Assembly: GCA_044866005.1 (NCBI GenBank)
Contig: JBIOTN010000247.1
Location: forward strand, 1 to 29,469
Direction of reading: 5' to 3'
Source: Candidatus Rokuibacteriota bacterium
GTDB taxonomy: Bacteria; Methylomirabilota; Methylomirabilia; Rokubacteriales; DASRDR01
Length of the DNA: 29,469 nucleotides
The position numbers and the translations under genes are program-made. Below the pieces are notes generated by a model. It searched no databases. It was not told the origin of the DNA and saw only the letters and a program-made list of their open reading frames with translations. Shown here piece by piece: positions 8,561 through 15,706 of the stretch (within the stretch, counting starts at the first letter, position 1; every line of letters starts with the position of its first letter).

Positions 8561-9828
8561 TCGTCTTCGCGGTCTTCGTCGTCCTGGGGACGCCGATCGG
8601 CATCGCGCTCGGGGTCGGCGCCCTCGCCGCCGCGACCGTCTACCCCGCGCTCAACCCGATCCTGATCCCGTCCCGCTTCGTCGGCCTGCTCTCGGACTCG
8701 TTCATCCTGCTCTCGGCGCCGCTGTTCATCCTGGCGGGGAACCTGGCGGCGCGGGGCGGCGTGGCGCGCGCGATCATCGACCTCGCCACGGTCATGGTCG
8801 GCTGGCTCCGCGGCGGCCTGGCCTACGTCAACATCGTGGACAGCATGATCTTCGGCGGGATCTCGGGCTCCGCGGTGGCCGACGTCTCCGCGCTCGGGAC
8901 GTTCCTCATCCCGCAGATGGTGCGCAAGGGATACGACCGCGACTTCGCGACCGTGCTCACCATCTGCACGGCGATCCTCGCGCCCATCGTCCCGCCGTCC
9001 ATCATCGCGGTCATCTACGCGTGGATGGCCGAGGAGTCCGTCGCCGCGATCTTCGCCGGCGGCTACCTCCCCGGGCTCCTGCTCGGCGTCGGCATGGCGG
9101 TGCCGACCTTCGTCATCGCGCGGCGGCGGAACTACCCCAGGGAGCCGCCGCCGACCCTCGCCACGTTCGCCGCGGCCGTGCGGGACGCCCTGCCGGCCCT
9201 CATGATCCCGGTCATCATCATGGGGGGCATCGTGCTCGGCTGGTTCACGCCGACGGAGGCCGCTGCCGTGGCCGTGGTCTACGCGCTCGCGGTGCCGCCC
9301 CTCGTCTACCGGGAGCTCGGCTGGCGGGACCTGCCGGGCGTCTTCGCCGACTCGGCGCGGCTGTCCGGGGTCATCGGGCTCATCATCGGGCTGGTCGGCG
9401 CCTTCGGCTGGGTCCTCACGTACTCGCAGTTCCCGTTCCGCGTGGCCGCGGCGATCTCCACGGTCGCGCCGTCCTGGTGGCTCTTCCTGGTGTTCGTCAT
9501 CGTGCTCTACCTCCTGCTCGGCACGTTCCTGACGCCATCGGAGATCATCCTCGTCACGATCCCGGTCCTGCTGCCGACCGCGAAGGCGCTGGGGATCCAC
9601 CCGATCCACTTCGGCATGGTCTGCGTGATCGCCTCCGCGATCGGCCACGTCACCCCGCCCGTCGGCCTCTGCCTCTTCCTCGGTATGGCCATCAGCGGCC
9701 TCCCCATGGAGCGGCTCGTGCGGCCGCTGATCCCGTTTCTCGCGGCGATCGTGGTCGTGCTCTTGATCGTCGCCTTCGTGCCCGAGACCGTGCTGCTCGT
9801 GCCGCGCTGGCTGGCCTTCGTAAAGTAG
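8542..9828 (+). CDS. dctM: TRAP transporter large permease (DctM)
   Basis: PLFILAGNL, GGLAYVNI, FGGISGSAVADVSALG, PIVPPSI, GWFTPTEAAAV, GIHPIHFG, TPPVGLCLF; GTG start overlaps the dctQ end. Confidence 0.95.
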   Translation: MAETLLIVFAVFVVLGTPIGIALGVGALAAATVYPALNPILIPSRFVGLLSDSFILLSAPLFILAGNLAARGGVARAIIDLATVMVGWLRGGLAYVNIVDSMIFGGISGSAVADVSALGTFLIPQMVRKGYDRDFATVLTICTAILAPIVPPSIIAVIYAWMAEESVAAIFAGGYLPGLLLGVGMAVPTFVIARRRNYPREPPPTLATFAAAVRDALPALMIPVIIMGGIVLGWFTPTEAAAVAVVYALAVPPLVYRELGWRDLPGVFADSARLSGVIGLIIGLVGAFGWVLTYSQFPFRVAAAISTVAPSWWLFLVFVIVLYLLLGTFLTPSEIILVTIPVLLPTAKALGIHPIHFGMVCVIASAIGHVTPPVGLCLFLGMAISGLPMERLVRPLIPFLAAIVVVLLIVAFVPETVLLVPRWLAFVK

Positions 9829-9868
9829 CCGCGCGGGCCGGGCGGCGCCGCCGTCCGGGCGGCGGCGG

Positions 9869-9877
9869 TGATACAAT
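9869..9877 (+). promoter_or_regulatory. Extended -10 promoter (TGnTACAAT) for signalling cassette 1
   Basis: TGATACAAT follows a GC hairpin (9847-9866) downstream of dctM; ATG at 9913. Confidence 0.55.
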
Positions 9878-9912
9878 GGGCCACCCGCTACCCGGTCGGA
9901 TCTCTCGGCGCC

Positions 9913-12900
9913 ATGGCAGCTCCCGGTAAACGCAACGGCCGTCGCCGCGCGGTCTCGAAGCCGCGGACCACCCCCCGCGCCGCGCTCGAGGCGGAGCTGG
10001 CGCGCGCCGTCGAGCAGCAGACCGCGACGAGCGAGGTCCTCCGCGTCATCACCAGCTCCCCGACGGACCTCCAGCCTGTGCTCGACACGGTCGCGCAGAA
10101 CGCAGCCCGGCTGTGCGAGGCGACCGATGCGGTCATCATGCGCGTCGACGGCGCGTCCCTCCGCCAGGTCGCGGCGTACGGTCCGCTGGGCGGCATCTTC
10201 AGCGCCCCACCGCGGAGACTCAGCCGCGGCTGGGTCATGGGGCGCGCGCTCGTCGACCGACGGACCATCCACGTGCCGGATCTGGCCGCGGAGCCGGAGG
10301 AGGAATACCCGGAGAGCGGCGCCAAGCGCGCGGGCATTCGGACCTATCTCGCGACCCCGCTGCTCCGTGAGGGCGTGCCTGTCGGCGTGATCGCGGTCCG
10401 GCGCGCAGAGTTCCGTCCGTTCACGGACAAGCAGATCGCGCTCCTGGAGACCTTCGCCAGCCAGGCGGCGATCGCCATCGAGAACGTCCGGCTGTTCCAG
10501 GAGCTCCAGACCCGCAACCGTGAGCTGACCGAGGCGCTGGAGCAGCAGACCGCGACGAGCGAGATCCTGCGCGTGATCTCGAGCTCCCCGACCGACCTCC
10601 AGCCGGTGATGGCCGCGGTCGCCCAGAACGCCGCCCGCCTCTGCCACGCGAGCGACGCGCAGATCCTCCGGATCGACGGCGACATCCTGCGGCCGGTCGC
10701 GTCGTACGGTGAGTTCTGGCCGGCCGTGCCGGTGCCGCTCAATCGCGAGTCCGTGCCGGGACGGGCGGTGACGGACCGGCAGGCCATCCACGTGCGGGAC
10801 CTCACGGCCGAGCTCGACGAGTTCCCGGAGGGCAGCGCCTTCGCCCGACGCTTCGGCCACCGGACGACGCTGGCGACGCCCCTCCTGCGCGAAGGCGTCC
10901 CCGTCGGCGCGATCCTCATCCGCCGCATGGAGGTCCGGCCCTTCACCGACAAGCAGATCGCGCTGCTCAAGACGCTGGCGGACCAGGCGGTGATCGCCAT
11001 CGAGAACGTGCGCCTGTTCCAGGAGCTCCAGGCCCGCAACCGCGAGCTGAGCGAGGCCCTGGACCAGCAGACGGCGACGAGCGACATCCTGCGCGTCATC
11101 TCGAGCTCGCCGACCCGGGTGGAGCCCGTCTTCGACGCGATCCTCGACAACGCCATGCGGCTCTGCGCATCACCCGTGGGACTCCTGTTCCTCTTCGATG
11201 GGGAGACCTTCCGCCTGGTCGCGGATCGGGGCGCCCCGGCCACCTTCGTCGAGCCGCGCAGGACGGGACATCGAAGCGGTCCGCACACGGGGATCATGAG
11301 GGCCGTGACGGAGCGGCGAGCGGTCCACATCCTGGACATGCTCGACGATCCGGCCTACGCCGAGCGCGATCCGGTACGGGTCCAGACGATCGAGCTGTTG
11401 CGGGCACGGACCGGGATCTGGGTTCCGCTGCTCAAGGAGGGGGCGCCGATCGGCGTCATCGCCATGTGGCGCCAGGAGGTCCGGGCGTTCACCGACAGCC
11501 AGATCGACCTCCTCTCGACCTTCGCCGACCAGGCCGTGATCGCGATCGAGAACGTGCGCCTCTTCCAGGAGCTCCAGGCGCGCAACCACGAGCTGACCGA
11601 ATCGCTCGAGCAGCAGACGGCGACGAGCGAGATCCTGCGGGTGATCTCCAGCTCCCCGACCGACCTCCAGCCGGTGCTGGACGCGGTCGCCGAGAACGCG
11701 GCACGGCTGTGCGACGCGAGCGACGCGACGATCTTCCGGCTCGAGCGTGACGTCCTGTGGATGGTCGCGTCGCACGGCTCCCTCCCGAGGCCACCCGCGA
11801 TGGTGAGGCGCGAGGAGGGTGTTCCGGTCAACCGTGGCTCGGTGACCGGCCGAGCCGTCGTCGACCGCGGACCGGTCCACGTCCACGACCTCGCCGCGGT
11901 GTCCGAGGCCGAGTTTCCCGAGGGCCGGGCGTATCAGCGGCAGATGGGTCACCGGACCACGCTGGGGGTCCCGCTGCTCCGCGAAGGCACGCCGCTGGGG
12001 GCGATCCTGATCCGTCGCATGGAGGTGCGCCCCTTCGGCGACAAGCAGATCAAGCTTTTGGAGACCTTCGCGGACCAGGCGGCCATCGCCATCGAGAACG
12101 TCCGCCTGTTTGAGGAGCTCCAGGCGCGGACCCGCGAGCTGGCCCGATCCGTGGAGGAGCTCAGGGCCCTGGGCGAGGTGAGCCAGGCCGTCAGCTCGTC
12201 GCTCGACCTCGAGCGGGTGCTCGCCACGATCGTGGCCCGCGCCGACCAGCTCTCGGGGACCGACGGGGGCGCGATCTACGAGTACGACGAGACGAGGGAG
12301 GCGTTCCATCTGCGCGTCAGCCTGAAGCTCGAAGAGGAGCTCATCGGCGTGCTGCGCGGGACGCCCACCCCTCTGGGCCAGGGGGTCGTGGGCCGCGCGG
12401 GCCTCGCCCGGGAGCCGGTTCAGATCCCGGACATCCTGGAGGACCAGGCATACGGGGGGCGGCTGCGCGAGGTGGCCGAGCGGGCGGGCTACCGGGCCCT
12501 GCTCGCCGTGCCGCTCCTGCGGGAGGAGCGGCTCATCGGCGCCCTGGTCGTGCGCCGGCGGGTGCCGGGGGCGTTCCCGCCCGAGACGGTCGGCCTCCTC
12601 CAGACCTTCGCCGCCCAATCGGGGCTGGCGATCGAGAATGCCCGGCTCTTCCGGGAGATCGAGGCGAAGAGCCGCCAGCTCGAGATCGCCAACCGGCACA
12701 AGTCCGAGTTCCTCGCCAACATGTCGCACGAGCTCAGGACGCCGCTCAACGCGATCATCGGCTTCTCGGAGGTCCTGCTGGAGCGGATGTTCGGCGAGGT
12801 GAACGGGAAGCAGGCCGAGTATCTCGAGGACATCCTCTCCTCCGGCCGCCACCTCCTCTCGCTCATCAACGACATCCTCGACCTCTCCAAGGTCGAGGCG

Positions 12901-13392
12901 GGGCGGATGGAGCTCGAGCTCGGGACCTTCGACCTCGCGCTGGCCCTGGAGAACGCCCTGACGCTCGTCCGCGAGCGCGCCACGCGACACGGGGTCGCCC
13001 TGGAGCGCCACCTCGACCGCCGGCTCGGCGACTTCGTCGGGGACGAGCGGAAGGTCAAGCAGATCGTCCTGAACCTCCTCTCGAACGCCGTGAAGTTCAC
13101 CCCCGAAGGGGGCCGGATCGCCCTCGTGGCGCGGCTGACCGACGGCGCCGTCGAGGTCTCGGTCAGCGACACCGGGATCGGGATCGCGCCCCAGGACCAG
13201 GCCGCCATCTTCGAGGAGTTCCGCCAGGTGGGACGCGACTACGCGCGGAAGCGCGAGGGGACGGGGCTCGGGCTCACGCTGACCCGGAAGTTCGTCGAGC
13301 TCCACGGCGGCAAGATCTGGGTCACGAGCGAGGTCGAGCGAGGCTCCACCTTCACCTTCACCCTCCCGGTACGGCCATGGCCGGCGAGCTGA
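9913..13392 (+). CDS. Cytoplasmic sensor histidine kinase with five GAF domains
   Basis: Four repeats of (E/D)QQTATS..LRVI.SSPT...AIENVRLF plus a fifth GAF; HisKA FLANMSHELRTPLNAIIG; HATPase NLLSNAVKFT, DTGIGI, GTGLGL. No TM. ORF track starts at 9868. Confidence 0.93.
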   Translation: MAAPGKRNGRRRAVSKPRTTPRAALEAELARAVEQQTATSEVLRVITSSPTDLQPVLDTVAQNAARLCEATDAVIMRVDGASLRQVAAYGPLGGIFSAPPRRLSRGWVMGRALVDRRTIHVPDLAAEPEEEYPESGAKRAGIRTYLATPLLREGVPVGVIAVRRAEFRPFTDKQIALLETFASQAAIAIENVRLFQELQTRNRELTEALEQQTATSEILRVISSSPTDLQPVMAAVAQNAARLCHASDAQILRIDGDILRPVASYGEFWPAVPVPLNRESVPGRAVTDRQAIHVRDLTAELDEFPEGSAFARRFGHRTTLATPLLREGVPVGAILIRRMEVRPFTDKQIALLKTLADQAVIAIENVRLFQELQARNRELSEALDQQTATSDILRVISSSPTRVEPVFDAILDNAMRLCASPVGLLFLFDGETFRLVADRGAPATFVEPRRTGHRSGPHTGIMRAVTERRAVHILDMLDDPAYAERDPVRVQTIELLRARTGIWVPLLKEGAPIGVIAMWRQEVRAFTDSQIDLLSTFADQAVIAIENVRLFQELQARNHELTESLEQQTATSEILRVISSSPTDLQPVLDAVAENAARLCDASDATIFRLERDVLWMVASHGSLPRPPAMVRREEGVPVNRGSVTGRAVVDRGPVHVHDLAAVSEAEFPEGRAYQRQMGHRTTLGVPLLREGTPLGAILIRRMEVRPFGDKQIKLLETFADQAAIAIENVRLFEELQARTRELARSVEELRALGEVSQAVSSSLDLERVLATIVARADQLSGTDGGAIYEYDETREAFHLRVSLKLEEELIGVLRGTPTPLGQGVVGRAGLAREPVQIPDILEDQAYGGRLREVAERAGYRALLAVPLLREERLIGALVVRRRVPGAFPPETVGLLQTFAAQSGLAIENARLFREIEAKSRQLEIANRHKSEFLANMSHELRTPLNAIIGFSEVLLERMFGEVNGKQAEYLEDILSSGRHLLSLINDILDLSKVEAGRMELELGTFDLALALENALTLVRERATRHGVALERHLDRRLGDFVGDERKVKQIVLNLLSNAVKFTPEGGRIALVARLTDGAVEVSVSDTGIGIAPQDQAAIFEEFRQVGRDYARKREGTGLGLTLTRKFVELHGGKIWVTSEVERGSTFTFTLPVRPWPAS

Positions 13393-13769
13393 TCCTGATC
13401 GTCGAGGACAACGAGAAGAACCGGAAGCTCGTCCGGGACATCCTCCAGGTCACGGGCTACCGGACGGTGGAGAGCGAGAGCGCCGAAGAGGGGCTCCGGC
13501 TCGCCCGGGAGCAGCACCCGGCCCTCGTCCTCATGGACATCCAGCTGCCCGGGATGGACGGCATCACCGCGCTGGGCCGGCTGCGCGCCGACCCGGAGAC
13601 CCGCGACATCCCGGTCATCGCCGTCACGGCCTCGGCCATGACCCACAACCGCCAGCAGATCCTGGCCGCGGGGTTCGACGACTACCAGACCAAGCCGATC
13701 CACGTGACGGCGTTCCTCGAGGCCGTGCGGCGGATGCTCGACCGGTCCCGCCCCGGAGGGGCGTCGTGA
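13377..13769 (+). CDS. Single-domain response regulator (DivK/CheY-like)
   Basis: ILIVEDN, LVLMDIQLPGMDG, AVTASA, TKPI; start overlaps the kinase 3' end. Confidence 0.93.
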   Translation: MAGELILIVEDNEKNRKLVRDILQVTGYRTVESESAEEGLRLAREQHPALVLMDIQLPGMDGITALGRLRADPETRDIPVIAVTASAMTHNRQQILAAGFDDYQTKPIHVTAFLEAVRRMLDRSRPGGAS

Positions 13770-14890
13770 CACCGCCGGCGAAGATCCTGGTCGTGGACGA
13801 CACGCCCCGGAACGTCAAGCTCCTGGCCGATCTCCTGGCCGCCAAGGGGTACGCGGTGGTGACCGCGGAGTCGGGCCGCCAGGCCCTCGCCGCCGTCCAG
13901 GCCGAGCACCCAGACCTCGTGCTCCTGGACGTCGTGATGCCCGAGATGAGCGGCTACGAGGTCTGCCGCGCGATCCGCGCCAACCCCGCCACCGACGTCC
14001 TCCCGGTCGTCATGGTGACGGCGCTCGACCCCGGAGAGGAGCGGCTCAAGGGCCTCGAGGCGGGCGCCGACGACTTCCTGACGAAGCCGATCAACCAGCC
14101 GGAGCTCCTGGCCCGCGTCCGGTCGCTCCTGCGGATCAAGGAGTTCCACGACCGCCTGCAGGAGATGAACCGGACGCTCGACGCGCGCGTCCGCGAGCAG
14201 GTCACTCAGCTCGAGCGGCTCTCCCGCCTGAAACGGTTCTTCTCCCCCCAGCTCTGCGAGCGGATCATCTGCGCCGGCGAGGAGAGCGTCCTCGAGTCGC
14301 ACCGGCGCGAGATCACCGTCGTCTTCTGCGACCTCCGCGGGTTCACCGCCTTCGCCGAGACGGCCGAGCCGGAAGAGCTGATGGGCGTCCTGCGCGAGTA
14401 CCACGCGGAGATGGGCCGACTCATCCTCTCTCACGAGGGCACGCTCGAACGGTTCACGGGGGACGGGATGATGGTGTTCTTCAACGACCCCGTCCCGATC
14501 CCCGACCCGGCCGAGCGCGCGATCCGCATGACGCTCGCCATGCGCGACCGGGTGGCGGCCCTGACGGACCGGTGGCGCCGGCTGGGCTACGAGCTCGACT
14601 TCGGCGTCGGGATCGCCCAGGGCTACGCCACCATCGGCGCCATCGGCTTCGAGGGCCGCTGGGACTACGGAGCGGTGGGCACGGTGACCAACCTGGCGGC
14701 CCGGCTCTGCGGCGAGGCCAAGCCCGGCCAGATCCTGGTCCCGCGGCGTGTCCTGACGTCCGTGGAGGGAGTCGTCGAGGCCGAGCCGGTCGGCGACCTG
14801 CTGCTGAAAGGCTTCCTGAAATCGGTCGTCGCCTTCAACGTCTTGGGGTGGCGGGAGGCGGGACGACGGCCGACTGGGTGCGGCGCATAA
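13766..14890 (+). CDS. Response regulator: receiver fused to a class III adenylate/guanylate cyclase domain
   Basis: REC (ILVVDD, LLDVVMPEMSG, FLTKP), coiled coil, then VFCDLRGFT, FTGDGMM, NLAARLC; GTGA start/stop overlap. Confidence 0.93.
   Translation: MTPPAKILVVDDTPRNVKLLADLLAAKGYAVVTAESGRQALAAVQAEHPDLVLLDVVMPEMSGYEVCRAIRANPATDVLPVVMVTALDPGEERLKGLEAGADDFLTKPINQPELLARVRSLLRIKEFHDRLQEMNRTLDARVREQVTQLERLSRLKRFFSPQLCERIICAGEESVLESHRREITVVFCDLRGFTAFAETAEPEELMGVLREYHAEMGRLILSHEGTLERFTGDGMMVFFNDPVPIPDPAERAIRMTLAMRDRVAALTDRWRRLGYELDFGVGIAQGYATIGAIGFEGRWDYGAVGTVTNLAARLCGEAKPGQILVPRRVLTSVEGVVEAEPVGDLLLKGFLKSVVAFNVLGWREAGRRPTGCGA
14477..14719 (+). repeat. Direct repeat copy 1 (243 bp; partner 19395..19637)
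   Basis: Manual comparison shows 4 mismatches in 243 bp. Confidence 0.85.
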
Positions 14891-14941
14891 CGACGTGCGC
14901 CGCCTTCCCATCGGACGGCGCAGAGTCTGAACGAGTACGGG

Positions 14942-14971
14942 TTGACGGTGTTCGGCCTTCCAGCCTACACT
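14942..14971 (+). promoter_or_regulatory. Putative sigma-70 promoter for the H-NOX cassette
   Basis: TTGACG (14942-14947), N18, TACACT (14966-14971), in the 264-bp intergenic gap. Confidence 0.55.
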
Positions 14972-15154
14972 CGCTCCACCTTCCCGACAGCGTCCGGCCC
15001 TCCGGAGGCGGGCACGGCTTACGGAGCCCGGCACATCGCCCCACGCGGTGGCCCACCTGACCGGGACGCTTCAGTTCCGCCTGCCTGGTTCTTGGGCCGA
15101 CCGCCCCCCACCCGCTCGCGGGCTGACGGGACTATCCCGGGATGGGAGGAACCC

Positions 15155-15703
15155 ATGAAGGGCATCATCTTCAACCTGCTGGAGGAGGTCGTCCGCCGGG
15201 ACTACGGCGAGGAGACCTGGGAGCGGCTGCTGGAGGCGGCTCAGCTCGACGGCAGCTACTCGGCGCTGGGCAACTACCCGGATGAGCACATCCTGAAGCT
15301 GGTCACCGCCGCCTCCGCGGCCCTCAACACCCCGGCCGACGCGATCGTTCGATGGTTCGGGCGGAACGCCCTCCCCCTCCTGGCCGAGCGGTACCCGGAG
15401 TTTTTCGCGCCGCACCGATCCACCCGGACCTTTCTGCTCACGCTCAACGACATCATCCACACGGAGGTGCGGAAGCTCTATCCGGGGGCCGACGTGCCCG
15501 TGTTCGACTACGACACCTCGTCACGCGAGGTCTTGCAGATGGGGTACCGATCGCCCCGCAAATTGTGTGCGCTCGCCGAAGGCTTCATCGAGGCGGCCGC
15601 GGCGCACTACGGAGAGGAGGTCACGCTCGAGCAGACGACCTGCATGATGCGAGGGGACGAGCGGTGCCTCTTCAAAATGTCGTTCAAGAAGTCGGGGGCT
15701 TGA
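15155..15703 (+). CDS. H-NOX (heme nitric oxide/oxygen-binding) protein, 182 aa
   Basis: MKGIIF start, GNYPD, proximal His in DIIHTEVRKLYP, conserved Pro in VPVF, YxSxR (YRSPR), C-terminal Cys set (LCA...H...TCMMRGDERC); SD GGGAGG. The ORF-track start at 14942 is too far upstream. Confidence 0.93.
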   Translation: MKGIIFNLLEEVVRRDYGEETWERLLEAAQLDGSYSALGNYPDEHILKLVTAASAALNTPADAIVRWFGRNALPLLAERYPEFFAPHRSTRTFLLTLNDIIHTEVRKLYPGADVPVFDYDTSSREVLQMGYRSPRKLCALAEGFIEAAAAHYGEEVTLEQTTCMMRGDERCLFKMSFKKSGA

Positions 15704-15706
15704 TGG

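Noticed and set aside
14989..15070. tRNA-like element (7-bp terminal stem, 82 nt)
   Set aside because: No T-arm TTCRA or proper D/anticodon arms on either strand.
14942..15154. 71-aa N-terminal extension of H-NOX suggested by the ORF track
   Set aside because: H-NOX proteins begin MKG/MYG. ATG 15155 has an SD, and the TTG at 14942 coincides with the predicted -35 box.
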